Shown: piece after piece, positions 30,170 through 40,012 of the stretch | How positions within the stretch are numbered: position 1 is the stretch's first letter | Layout of the letters: the number at the start of each line of letters is the position of its first letter | Assembly: GCA_963822445.1 (NCBI GenBank) | Contig: CAWGHO010000001.1 | Location: 736,001-800,000, forward strand | Reading direction: 5' to 3' | Source of the DNA: an uncultured Acidobacteriota bacterium | GTDB taxonomy: Bacteria; Acidobacteriota; Thermoanaerobaculia; Gp7-AA8 | DNA: 64,000 nucleotides | Program-made: the position numbers and the translations under genes | Notes under the pieces: generated by a model | Told to the model about the DNA's origin: nothing | The model's database searches: none | Seen by the model: only the letters and a program-made list of their open reading frames with translations

Positions 30170-33100
30170 TCCAGCAGCAGTCGCTCTTCGACCTCACGCC
30201 GCGCACGAAGCCGCGCCGAGAGCGCCACCGCAAACCTGGTCATCGAGGCCGGCGCCGGCACGGGCAAAACCACGGCGATCGTGGCCGAGGTGCTGAAGCT
30301 GATGCTCGAGCGCGAGGAGCTCGCGCCCGAGCGGATCGTGCTGATGACGTTCACCGAGAAGGCGGCGGGTGAGATTGCGGAGCGCATTCGCGCGGCGCTC
30401 GAAGAGCTGAGAATTGTGTCGGGTGCGGGTATCAGGCGCCGAGGTGTTCCCTCGGCCGAGCTCGGCTCGACACCCGACACAGTGCTGGCCCTCGGCTCCC
30501 CAACCCTCGTACATCGCGATCCTGAACGCGCCCGAACAACTCATCGCAAAGCATCTCGCGAACATCGACGCGCTGCGCTCGCAGACCATCCACTCCTTCT
30601 GCCAGTCGCTGCTGCGCGCGTTTCCGATCGAGGCGGGACTCGATCCGCAGTTCAAGATCGTGGAAGGCTTCGAGCGCTCCTGCTCTACGGGCAGGTGTAC
30701 GACGCGTGGCTCGATCAGGAGACGCGCGTCGAGCCGATGCCGGAGGTCGGTGCGGGAGTGGGAGCTGCTGTTCGCGCACGCCGGCTATCTCTTCCAGATC
30801 CGCGACCTGATCCTCGGCCTCATCGAGCGGCGCGATCTGCTCGCCGAGACGGAGGACGGCTTCGGCGATTTCAGCGACGTGCGAGACCAGGCTCGAAGAC
30901 GCCGTGCTGTGGATCCGCCGCGATACGGCGACGTGCAAGGATGCCGCGGCGGCGGGTCGCGGACGTACGTCCGCGCGACCGACGCGCGTTCGACGGCGGG
31001 TCGATGGACGCCTGGATCGAATACCTGCAGCCGATCGCCGCGAACATCCGCGCTCATCGACTTCCGTTACTGCGGCGCGCTCAAAGAGCCGATGACCTTC
31101 CTCCGCGCGGGCGACAAGCGGCAACTCCATCTACGACCGTCTGGTCGGCCATCGCGCTGCCATGGCCCTGCTGGCCATGACGCGCCGTTTCCTCGACTTT
31201 CTCGACGCGGAAAAGCGCAAGCTCGGCGTGGTCGACTTCGACGATCTCCTGCTGCGCACGCTCGCGCTGCTCGATGACGAGACCGTCCTGGCGCGCGCGC
31301 GGTCGCAGTTCGACTTCATCTTCGTCGACGAGTTCCAGGACACCGATCGTACCCAGGCGCGGATCATCGACAAGCTCGCGCGCGACGCGTCGGGCGCATT
31401 CGTGCCCGGCAAGACCATCGTCGTCGGCGATCCGAAGCAGTCGATCTACGGGTTCCGCCGCGCCGATCCGGAGACGTACTACCGGATGACCGAGGACCTC
31501 AAGGACAGCGGCGCGGAGCCGCGCGTCCTCGGCGAGCAGTATCGAAGCGACCCGCCGCTGGTCGAGACGATCAACGCCATGTTCACGCGGCTCTTTCCGC
31601 AGCAGCCGCACGATCCGAACGTTTTCCGTCCGGACTACAAACCGCTGCACGCCGCGCGCAAGACGGTCCGCCGCGAGCTCGATGCGCGGGTGACGCTGCT
31701 TGCCGCGCGCAGCATGACGAGAAATCGGATCGCTACTTCGCGGAGGCGGAGGCGATCGCGCAGTGGATCAGGGCGCGGAGCGACGGCGACCTGCGCCGCT
31801 TCGCGATTCTCTTCCGGCGGCTGACGAAGCTCGACGACTACCTCGACACCTTCGACCGCCATGGCATCGATTACGTGCTGCCGCCGACGCGGATGTTCCT
31901 CGACCGCCGCGCGCCGGTCGATCTCGTGGCCGTGCTGCGAGCGATCGCGTATCCGTTCGATCGGGGCGCGCAGATCTCCGCGGCGCGGACGCCGTACTTT
32001 GCGCTGACCGACGAGGAGATTGCGGTCGGAGTGCTCGAGACGTCCGAGGCGTGGGTTGCCTTCAACGAGTCGATGGTGAGGTTCCGCGAGGCCGCCCATC
32101 ACCTGACCGTCGCGGAGCCTCATCGATGTGGTCGTGCGCACGACGAAGATCGAGAGCGTGTACGACCAGGCCGCGGACGGAACGCGCCACCTGCGCCACC
32201 TCGAGCACGTCCGCGCCATCGCCTTCGAGTACGACCAGCGCATCGGCGGATCGGTGCGGCAGTTCGTCGAAGAGATCGCCGAGCGCCGCAGCGGCGAGCC
32301 GGATGAGACCGAGCCGAGCCTGATCGACGAGTCGCAGAACGCGATGCGGATCATGACCGTACATGGGGCGAAAGGGCTGGAGTTCGAGACGGTGATCCTG
32401 CCCGATCTCGCCTTTCCCCCGGCAGCGAGGGGATGAATCTGTTCAGCGTCGAGGAACCGAAACGGCTCGTGCTCACCGGCCGCGCCGAGTCGATCTCCGC
32501 GCATTTTCTCGGACTCGCGGACATCGCCAACGAGCGCGAGGAGGCCGAGATCACGGCGGCTGTTCTACGTGGCGGTGACGCGCGCGAAGACCGACGTCGT
32601 CTTCGTTTGCAATCCCGAGGAGAAACGGAGCTCGGGGTTCTTTCGCTCGCTGATCGAGGCGCTGGGCATCGAGCGGAAGTCGCTCGCCGGCTGGTGGCCG
32701 CTGGAAGGCCGCGAGGTGAAAGAGACCGACATCGGCGCCGTCGCATTCGAAAAAGTGGAGGCGCAGGCGATGTCGGCGAACAAGCGGCGGAGGTTGAATG
32801 ACCCAGCGCTCGAAGCGGAGCTCGCGGCGTCGCCGATCGCACCGGCAGAGGTCCCGATACCCGAACCTGTCGCGGAAACGCTTACCGCTGGCGAGATCGC
32901 TGCCCGCCGCGCCGGCTCGCGCAATCGCGCCGCCGGCATCCTCCTGCACCGCGTGCTGGAGCTGTGGGATGGCCGCTCGGATGCCGGAGCGCTGCTCGAT
33001 CGCGTCGCGACCGAATCAGCGGCAGACGCCGAAGCAGTTCTGCGCGTGAAGCAACGGCTCAACGTCATCGCCCGATCGGAGACGATCAAGCGCATCGCTG

Positions 33101-33367
33101 AAGCGGAGACCATCGGCCGCGAAGTGCCGCTCCGCTTCGTCGACAACGGCGTGATGGTCGAGCGCCGCATCGATCGATTGCTGCGCGAGAGCGATCGCGA
33201 GCTGGTCATCGACTACAAGAGCGGCGCGTACGAGGAGCGCGCGGGCGGAACGCGACCGACTGCAGGTTCGCAAGTACTGCGAGGCCGTCAGCGCGATGAC
33301 CGGGCGGCCGTGCGCCGGCGCGATCTGGTACGTGGACGTAGATCAGGACACTTACGTCGTCGTCTAG
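30166..33367 (+). CDS. addA: AddA/UvrD-like helicase-nuclease (many frameshifts)
   Basis: EAGAGTGKT, MTFTEKAAGE, TIHSFC, VDEFQDT, VGDPKQSIYGFRRAD, MTVHGAKGLEF, YVAVTRA, IDRL..IDYKSG; GTGA overlap with addB. Confidence 0.85.
30415..30481. repeat. Degenerate inverted 7-mer (GTGTCGG) tandem element inside addA
   Basis: 11-bp perfect arms tgtgtcgggtg / cacccgacaca with degenerate internal heptamers. Confidence 0.55.
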
Positions 33368-33405
33368 GCGACCTTGTCGATCGCGGTGCCATAATCGCCG
33401 CGCCG

Positions 33406-34080
33406 ATGCAGCTGTCCAAAGTCGTCCTGCTGTCCTTCATCACCCTCGTCACGATGGTCAATCCGCTGGCCGTCGTTCCGTCGTTCGTCGCACTGACCCA
33501 CGGCGCCTCGGGCGCGGGGCGCGCGAGAGTCGCCCTGCTCGCCTCGGCAGCCTGCATCGTGGTCCTGACGATTTTCCTCGTGGCCGGCAACTGGGTCTTC
33601 CAGTTCTTCGGCATCACCGTGCCCGCGTTCCAGATCATGGGCGGCATCATCTTCTTCATCAACGCCCTGCGGACCCTCGTCGAACACGACGACCGCCGCG
33701 CGTTCGACATCGGCGGCGACAAGCGGATGGCCGACACGGACGTGGAGAAGGCGGACATCGATCCGGGCTCGATCGCGGTCGTCCCGCTGGCGGTCCCCAT
33801 GCTGTCCGGTCCCGGCGCAATCACTTCGACGATGCTGCTGGTCAACCTCTACCCGCGCGTCGATCAGAAGATCGCCGTGATCGTGGCCATCTTCGGCGTG
33901 GGCCTCACCTCGTACGTGACTCTGCTCGCCGCCGTTCCGCTCTCGCGCTTCATCGGCGACCGCGGCCGCGCCGTCTTCACCAAAATCATGGCCCTCCTCC
34001 TCGGCGCCATCGGCGTGCAATTCATCATCAACGGTCTCAAGCCGGTGCTGATGGAGATCATCCAGGGAGCGACGGGGTAA
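33406..34080 (+). CDS. marC: MarC family membrane protein
   Basis: MVNPL, FGITVPAFQIMGGII, VVPLAVPMLSGPGAI, KIMALLLGAIGVQFI. Confidence 0.92.
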   Translation: MQLSKVVLLSFITLVTMVNPLAVVPSFVALTHGASGAGRARVALLASAACIVVLTIFLVAGNWVFQFFGITVPAFQIMGGIIFFINALRTLVEHDDRRAFDIGGDKRMADTDVEKADIDPGSIAVVPLAVPMLSGPGAITSTMLLVNLYPRVDQKIAVIVAIFGVGLTSYVTLLAAVPLSRFIGDRGRAVFTKIMALLLGAIGVQFIINGLKPVLMEIIQGATG

Positions 34081-34730
34081 TGTTCATCGGACATCCGGCC
34101 GCCGCCTTCGCCGCAAAACGCGTCGCGCCGCGCATCGGCCTGGGCACGCTGGTCGCGGCTGCCATCGGCCTCGATCTGCTCTGGCCCTTCTTCACACTCG
34201 CCGGGATCGAGCACTTCCGCATCGATCCGGGCAACACCGCGTTCACGCCGATCGACTTCTACGACTATCCCTGGACGCACAGCATGGCCATGGCTCTGGT
34301 CTGGTCGGCGATCGCCGCCGTCGTGTACCGGCTCTTCCGCAAGCCGTGGCGCGACGCGATCGTCGTCGGCGCGGCCGTGTTCAGCCACTGGATCCTCGAC
34401 TTCGTCACCCACGGTCCCGATCTCCCTCTCTGGCCGGGCGGTCCGAAAGTCGGCATGGGCCTGTGGAACTCGAAACCGCTGACGATCAGCGTCGAAGGCC
34501 TCCTCTTCGCGATCTGCCTCGGCCTCTACCTTCGCAGCACCGTCGCCCGCGATCGCATCGGCAAGATCGCGCTGTGGGCCCTGGTGATCTTTCTCGGCCT
34601 GATCTACCTCTCCAACCTCGTTTCTCCCCCGCCGCCGAACTGGCAGGCCGTGGCCTGGACGGCGATCGCGCAGTGGCTCTTCGTGCCTTGGGCGTGGTGG
34701 ATCGACAAGCACCGGCAGGCGCGCGAGTGA
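34080..34730 (+). CDS. Membrane-bound metal-dependent hydrolase-like protein
   Basis: MFIGH, DLLWP, YPWTHS, SHWILDFVTH motifs. Confidence 0.75.
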   Translation: MFIGHPAAAFAAKRVAPRIGLGTLVAAAIGLDLLWPFFTLAGIEHFRIDPGNTAFTPIDFYDYPWTHSMAMALVWSAIAAVVYRLFRKPWRDAIVVGAAVFSHWILDFVTHGPDLPLWPGGPKVGMGLWNSKPLTISVEGLLFAICLGLYLRSTVARDRIGKIALWALVIFLGLIYLSNLVSPPPPNWQAVAWTAIAQWLFVPWAWWIDKHRQARE

Positions 34731-35605
34731 AGGCGCTTTTCATCGTCAACGAGCGTTCCGGCCGGCGGCGCAATCGCGACATCGAAGCGCTGGTGCGCGA
34801 CAACTGGCACGGTCCCTCCGCAATCCAGGCGTGCGGTGCGAAGGACGATCTCGATGCGATCGTCGATCGGGCCGAGGCTGAGGGGTTCGATGTCGTTTAT
34901 GCGGTGGGGGGCGATGGGACGGTTCACGAGACCGCGAAACGGCTGGTCGGACGCAAGCCGGCGCTGGCGATTCTGCCGACCGGCTCCGGGAACGGATTCG
35001 CGAGGCACATCGGCATGCCCGTCGATCCCGCGGCCGCGCTGAAGTCCTGCCGCGGTGGCCGGATCGTGACGATCGACACCGCCGAAGTGAACGGACACGC
35101 CTTCCTCGGCGTGATGGGAATCGGATTCGACGCCGTAGTCGCGGATCGCTTCGCGGCGAGCAGCACCCGAGGATTGGAAACGTATGTGAAGGAAGGTCTG
35201 GTCGCGTTCGCGCACTTTCAGGCCGAAGAGTACGAAGTGGTTGCCAACGGGCAGACGATCCGGCAGAAGGCCTTCGTCATCGCCGTCGCCAATTCCGGGC
35301 AATACGGCAACAACGCCCGCGTCGCGCCGCTCGCGTCACTGCGCGACGGACTGCTGGATGTGGTGATCGTGAACGACACGACGCTCGTGGGCGCGGCAAT
35401 GCTGCTGGCGCGGCTCTTCACCGGCACCTTTCATCGCTCGGACTCGGTGACGATGCTGCAGACCGCGGAGGTCACGATCCGGAGACCCGCAGCGGGCATC
35501 GCGCAACTCGATGGCGAGCCGGTGACGTTGCCCGAAGAGCTGCATGTGCGGGTGAGACCGCAGTCGCTCAAACTGCTCGTGCCGGATTCCGCTACAGAGT
35601 TTTGA
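34727..35605 (+). CDS. Diacylglycerol/lipid kinase family protein (YegS/DagK-like)
   Basis: NERSG, VGGDGTVHE, LPTGSGNGFA, GIGFDA, NSGQYGNN, QLDGE; GTGA overlap. Confidence 0.92.
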   Translation: MKALFIVNERSGRRRNRDIEALVRDNWHGPSAIQACGAKDDLDAIVDRAEAEGFDVVYAVGGDGTVHETAKRLVGRKPALAILPTGSGNGFARHIGMPVDPAAALKSCRGGRIVTIDTAEVNGHAFLGVMGIGFDAVVADRFAASSTRGLETYVKEGLVAFAHFQAEEYEVVANGQTIRQKAFVIAVANSGQYGNNARVAPLASLRDGLLDVVIVNDTTLVGAAMLLARLFTGTFHRSDSVTMLQTAEVTIRRPAAGIAQLDGEPVTLPEELHVRVRPQSLKLLVPDSATEF

Positions 35606-36008
35606 CGAGATCGTCGATGCGGCCGATCAGCTCATCGCGGCGCTCGATGAAGCGATCCATGCGCGTCAGCGGATCGTCGATGCCCCACGACGGATCCTCG
35701 ATCGGCCAGTGCTCGAGCCGCTTCGCCCCCGGCCAGTGCGGACAATCCTGCGCTGCCGAATCGCACACGGTGACCACGACGTCGAACTCTTCGTTGATGA
35801 ACTGATCGGCGGATTTCGACGTCGCGTCGCGATGATCGATGCCGATGTCGGCGAGCGCGCGAACAGCGAGGGGATGAACCCACCCAGCGGGACGCGATCC
35901 AGCCGAAACCGCTTCGACCTTGTCGCCATGGAAGGCATTGGCGATGCCTTCCGCCATCTGGGAGCGCGCGGCGTTTCCGGTGCAGAGGAAGAGGATTTTC
36001 TTTTTCAA
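35592..36008 (-). CDS. arsC: Arsenate reductase, thioredoxin-coupled LMW-PTPase fold
   Basis: FLCTGNAARSQMAE, VTVCD..QDCP, HWPIEDP. Confidence 0.85.
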   Translation of the reverse strand: MKKKILFLCTGNAARSQMAEGIANAFHGDKVEAVSAGSRPAGWVHPLAVRALADIGIDHRDATSKSADQFINEEFDVVVTVCDSAAQDCPHWPGAKRLEHWPIEDPSWGIDDPLTRMDRFIERRDELIGRIDDLVKTL

Positions 36009-36031
36009 GCGGAGCTAGTTTACGCGACCGT

Positions 36032-36107
36032 CCGTGTAGTGTGGGCCTCTGGCCTACTTTCGGCGGGCGGGCGACGAACGGGTAGGCCAGAGGCCCACAC
36101 TACACGG
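36032..36107. repeat. GTAG-type REP doublet (REPIN-like)
   Basis: Perfect 26-bp inverted repeat ccgtgtagtgtgggcctctggcctac / gtaggccagaggcccacactacacgg. Confidence 0.85.
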
Positions 36108-36110
36108 TCC

Positions 36111-36719
36111 CTACGGCGACAGCCGCTCGATGACCCAGTCCTTCGGTTCGCGAAGCCGGTACACGAACCGGTCGTGCAGACGATCGGCCCGGCCCTGCCA
36201 GAACTCGATCTCCACCGGGATCACGCGATAGCCGCCCCAGTGCGGCGGGCGCGGCACGGCGCGGTCCTTGTAGTTCGCTTCGAGCTCGTGGAAGCGCTGG
36301 TCGAGGTCGGCGCGGCCGAAGACCACCGCGCTCTGATTCGAGGCCCAGGCGCCCAGCTGGCTGCCCCGCGGACGCGTCGCAAAGTACGCATCCGACTCCT
36401 CCTCGGCGGTCTTGATCGCGACTCCCTCGATGCGCACCTGGCGATCGAGCGACGGCCAGTAGAAGCAGAGCGCCACGCGGGGGTTCTCGCTGATCTGCTG
36501 CCCCTTGCGGCTGCTGTAGTTCGTGTAGAAGACGAAGCCGCGCTCGTCGAAATCCTTGAGCAGACAGACCCGCGAGCTGACGACGTTGTTCACGCACGTC
36601 GACACGGTCATCGACTCGGGCATGTGCGGCTGCGAAGCCTTGGCCTCGTCGAACCAGCGCCCGAACTGGGTGAACGGGGATTTGTCGAGATCGGTCTCGA
36701 GGAGCGCTACGTTGGTCAA
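36111..36719 (-). CDS. pdxH: Pyridoxamine 5'-phosphate oxidase
   Basis: FVFYTNYSSRKG, RQVRIEG, RPPHWGGY, IEFWQGRADRLHDR, RLSP. Confidence 0.96.
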   Translation of the reverse strand: MTNVALLETDLDKSPFTQFGRWFDEAKASQPHMPESMTVSTCVNNVVSSRVCLLKDFDERGFVFYTNYSSRKGQQISENPRVALCFYWPSLDRQVRIEGVAIKTAEEESDAYFATRPRGSQLGAWASNQSAVVFGRADLDQRFHELEANYKDRAVPRPPHWGGYRVIPVEIEFWQGRADRLHDRFVYRLREPKDWVIERLSP

Positions 36720-37276
36720 CAGAGTCCTCCGGTAAGCAGACGCTCGATCTTGGCAATGGCGCGCTGTGACTCCGGCCCGGGCATCAGCTCGGCCGCGCGC
36801 TCGAGCGTGACCCAGGCCAGATCGCTCGACTCGGCAGGATCGATGATGATCGCCTCCGGCCGCGCGGTCCGTGCGACATATCGCACGTCGAAGTGATGAT
36901 GGTCCGGCTCCCCTTTGCCGGCGGGGATGGCGTGGATGTCGAGATCGAACATGGCCGTGGCCGCGAGATCCGCAAGCCCCGACTCCTCCCGCCCTTCCCG
37001 CAGCGCCGCCGCGTCCGGCATCTCATCGCCATCGACGTGACCGCCCATCTGCAGCCAGCGGTTCAGGCGGCGATGGTGATGCAGGAGAAGGCGTCCGCCG
37101 CCGTCGACGATGTAACAGCTGGCCGTGAAATGGCCGGGCTGAAAATACTCGCGCGAAAAAGGATCGGCGCCGTCCGTCAACAACTTGACCATCGCCTGGC
37201 GATGCGCATCCTCGAGCCCGTCGAAGGGCTCGTAACCGCGCAGTTGCGTGAGGAGCAGCTCGTTTCGGGACGGCAT
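36716..37276 (-). CDS. NUDIX hydrolase
   Basis: Nudix box GGHVDGDEMPDAAALREGREESG; GHFTAS; HHHFDVRY. Confidence 0.88.
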   Translation of the reverse strand: MPSRNELLLTQLRGYEPFDGLEDAHRQAMVKLLTDGADPFSREYFQPGHFTASCYIVDGGGRLLLHHHRRLNRWLQMGGHVDGDEMPDAAALREGREESGLADLAATAMFDLDIHAIPAGKGEPDHHHFDVRYVARTARPEAIIIDPAESSDLAWVTLERAAELMPGPESQRAIAKIERLLTGGLC

Positions 37277-37704
37277 CAGTGCGACGGAAACCAATGATAG
37301 AGGAAGAAATACACCAGCACGCCCGTCACTGATACGTACATCCAGAGGGGGAACGTCCATCGCGCGACACGGCGATGCTGAACCACGCGCATCTTCAGCC
37401 CGTTGACCACGCTGTAGATGGCCAGCGGCAGGATGATCACCGCCAGGATGGTGTGCGACGTGAGGATGCTCAGGTACAGGGTGCGCCACGCGCCCTCGCC
37501 CGCGAAGCGCGTGACCACGCCGCCGCGGAGGGTGTGGTACGTGACGTAGCAGGCCAGGAACGCGACGGAAGTGAAGCAGGCCGCGAGCATGAACCGGCGG
37601 TGCTGGGCGATCCGCTTGTTGCGGATGTGGATGTAGCCGATCAGGAGAAAGATGCCGCTCAGCGCGTTGAGCGAGGCGTTGAGTGGCGGGAAGAATTGAG
37701 TCAT
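37276..37704 (-). CDS. DUF420 (YozB/CtaM-like) membrane protein, probable oxidase assembly factor
   Basis: LNASLN, HRRFM, LTSHTIL, HRRVARWTFPLWMYVSVTG. Confidence 0.88.
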   Translation of the reverse strand: MTQFFPPLNASLNALSGIFLLIGYIHIRNKRIAQHRRFMLAACFTSVAFLACYVTYHTLRGGVVTRFAGEGAWRTLYLSILTSHTILAVIILPLAIYSVVNGLKMRVVQHRRVARWTFPLWMYVSVTGVLVYFFLYHWFPSH

Positions 37705-37736
37705 CGGGCGGTAATGCTACAGTGTTCGCCTCACGC

Positions 37737-38498
37737 GTGGTCACCATCCTCATCGTCGATGACAACCCTGTTTTTCGCATGCAGGCAGCGCGTCTGGCCG
37801 AGCGCGAAGGGTTCAGGACCGTCACCGCGGGCGATCTCACGGAACTGAGCAACGTGCTCATGACGACGAAGCCCGATCTGGTGCTCGTCGACATCGAATT
37901 GCCGACCATTCCCGGCCACCGGCTAGGCTCGTTGATCCGCTCGCGGCATCAGGTGCCGATCGTGCTGATCTCAGCTTTGACCGAGGAGCGGCTGCGGCGT
38001 TTGTTCGAGGCGTCGGATGCGAATGGGTGGATCTGCAAACCGCTGACGCGCGACAAACTCGTGGCGGCGGTGACGCGGTTCGTGGAGCCGGCAGCGAGTG
38101 AAACGCCGGCCGCGGCCGCGAGGAAGATCGAACAGCCCGACGCCCGGCGGATTCTGCTCGTCGAGGATGAGCCGGTGATCGCCGCGAGGATCGAGTCGGT
38201 GCTTGCGCCGACGTCGACGATCGTGACCGTCGAGAACGGCGACGCGGCGATCGAGTATCTGATCGCCGAACCGTACGACTGCGTGCTCCTCGACCTCACC
38301 CTGCCCCGCCTGTCCGGATTCGACGTGCTGCGGCACATGGCCATGCGCCAGCCGGAGATGCTGCGGGCCACGATCATCCTCACCGCGGCAACGGATGAAT
38401 CGCTGCAGTTCATCGATGGGAACGCGGTGGCCGGTGTGCTGCGCAAGCCGTTTTCGCCGGATGAGGTGTTGATGCTGGTGGACAAAGTCGCCCGGTGA
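37737..38498 (+). CDS. Tandem REC-REC response regulator without an output domain
   Basis: Two receiver motif sets: IVDD/LVDIELP/CKP and VEDE/LLDLTLP/RKPF. Confidence 0.85.
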   Translation: MVTILIVDDNPVFRMQAARLAEREGFRTVTAGDLTELSNVLMTTKPDLVLVDIELPTIPGHRLGSLIRSRHQVPIVLISALTEERLRRLFEASDANGWICKPLTRDKLVAAVTRFVEPAASETPAAAARKIEQPDARRILLVEDEPVIAARIESVLAPTSTIVTVENGDAAIEYLIAEPYDCVLLDLTLPRLSGFDVLRHMAMRQPEMLRATIILTAATDESLQFIDGNAVAGVLRKPFSPDEVLMLVDKVAR

Positions 38499-38507
38499 AG
38501 CGTTAGC

Positions 38508-38595
38508 TCTGGACTGCGGCAGCAGAGCTGCCGCTCTTCGCGCGGCGGCTCTGCCGCCGCAAGTGAAAGCGGTAGCTCTGCTACCGCACTCCAGA
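38508..38595. repeat. REP-like composite palindrome (GGAGTGCGG family) between convergent genes
   Basis: 28-bp arms with 3 mismatches plus internal gcggcggctctgccgccgc hairpin; overlaps the sco stop codon. Confidence 0.8.
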
Positions 38596-39147
38596 CTCTT
38601 CGAGTAGTGTTTCCACGACTTCCGCCACCTGCTCCGGCACCGTTCCAGCCGTCGCGTCGTAGTAGCCGCGGATCACGCCGTCCTTGTCCGCAACCGCGAA
38701 TCGCGAGGAGTGCAGCACCGCCTCGGCGCCGGGACCGGGATCGCCGGCGGCGAGCTTGAAGCCTTTCACCGACAGGTCGACGATCGTCGCGCGTTCGCCG
38801 GTGAGGAACGTCCAGCGAGGGTCGTTGCGAACGCGTTTCGCGTACTCGGCAAGCACGGCGGGCGTGTCGTGCGCGGGATCGACGGTGATCGAGACGAAGC
38901 GCACCGGCGCGTCTTTCCCGACCTTCGCGGTGAGGGCGCGCATGTTGTTGGTCATGATCGGGCAGGTGCCGCTGCAGGTCGTGAAGATGAAGTCGTAGAC
39001 CGTGACGTTCCCCTTCATCGAATCGAGGCTCACGGCTTTGCCGGTCTCGTCGACGAGCTGCGCGTTCGGCACCGCATAGAGCTTCGGCAGTTCGGGCTGG
39101 CGCTGGCAGGCTAGAAGAAAAAGCAGGGCGATGCTAAGCGCGCGCAT
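38581..39147 (-). CDS. sco: SCO1/SenC copper chaperone lipoprotein
   Basis: Lipobox LLAC, FTTCSGTCP (CxxxCP), TVDPAHDT, LHSSRF. Confidence 0.92.
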   Translation of the reverse strand: MRALSIALLFLLACQRQPELPKLYAVPNAQLVDETGKAVSLDSMKGNVTVYDFIFTTCSGTCPIMTNNMRALTAKVGKDAPVRFVSITVDPAHDTPAVLAEYAKRVRNDPRWTFLTGERATIVDLSVKGFKLAAGDPGPGAEAVLHSSRFAVADKDGVIRGYYDATAGTVPEQVAEVVETLLEESGVR

Positions 39148-40012
39148 TCACGACCAGAAGCAGCATCACCGTGAGCAGGTAGAGGTTCGACGTCATGAAC
39201 AGGGCGCGGGCGTGACGGCGGTCGAAGAAGAAGCGGATCGCGGTCGCGAGCAGTACCGCCCCCGCGAGCGAAGCGCCGACGAAGTACATCGTGCCGGTCA
39301 TGCCGAAGAGGGCCGGTGCGACGCTGACCGGAAGCAGCGCGAGGGTGTAGAAAATCGCCTCACGCGCGACCGCGGCGCCGTCAGTGTCGCGAACGGACAG
39401 CATGGCGAAGCCGCCGCGCGCGTAGTCCTCGCGGTACATCCAGCTGATGGCCATGAAGTGCGGGAGCTGCCAGAGGAAGAGGATGCCGAAGACGATCCAG
39501 CCGCCGAGCGAGAGCTCGTTCGTGGCCGCGGTCCAGCCCATGAGCGGCGGAATCGCGCCTGGGATCGCGCCGATGATCGTGCAGATCGTCGAGACGCGCT
39601 TGAGCGGCGTGTAAACGAAGATGTAGCTGGTGAGCGTGAACGCGCCCAGCATCGCCGTCAGCCAGTTCACGGCCAGGCCGAGGTAGATCGTGCCGATGAT
39701 GGCGATCGCGGAGGAGAACAGAAGCGCCGCGCGGGGCGTGATCCGGCCGGCCGGCAGCGGACGCGATCGGGTGCGATTCATCCGGCCGTCGTGATCGCGC
39801 TCGACGTACTGGTTGAGCGCATTCGTTCCCGCGGCCACGAGGGCGGTGCCCACGAGCGTGTGCAGCATCAGCAGCGGGCTCACGTCGCCCGGGGCGAACA
39901 GAAATCCGGCGGCCGTCGTGATCAGCACCATCAGCACGATCCGCGATTTCGAAAGCTCGAGGTAGTCGCGGATGACGCGCTGACGCGGCGCTTCGACGGC
40001 GATCGAGGTCAA
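39134..40012 (-). CDS. ctaB: Heme o synthase (protoheme IX farnesyltransferase)
   Basis: NQYVERDHDGRMNRTRSRPLP, YTPLKR, WQLPHF, EDYARGG. Confidence 0.95.
   Translation of the reverse strand: MTSIAVEAPRQRVIRDYLELSKSRIVLMVLITTAAGFLFAPGDVSPLLMLHTLVGTALVAAGTNALNQYVERDHDGRMNRTRSRPLPAGRITPRAALLFSSAIAIIGTIYLGLAVNWLTAMLGAFTLTSYIFVYTPLKRVSTICTIIGAIPGAIPPLMGWTAATNELSLGGWIVFGILFLWQLPHFMAISWMYREDYARGGFAMLSVRDTDGAAVAREAIFYTLALLPVSVAPALFGMTGTMYFVGASLAGAVLLATAIRFFFDRRHARALFMTSNLYLLTVMLLLVVNARA

Noticed and set aside
27450-33367. Helicase-nuclease pair as a novel defence system or Cas4
   Set aside because: Order, motifs and Fe-S staple fit housekeeping AddAB recombination
19950-33370. Pseudogene cluster or programmed frameshifting
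   Set aside because: Indels hit essential ftsY and all neighbours, with no slippery-site pattern; sequencing error is more parsimonious
32569-34080. Nuclease-MarC fusion (503-aa ORF)
   Set aside because: Artefact of a frameshift at the addA 3' end; marC has its own ATG at 33406 and a -10 box
35592-36008. Arsenic resistance operon
   Set aside because: Lone arsC; no arsR, acr3 or arsB nearby
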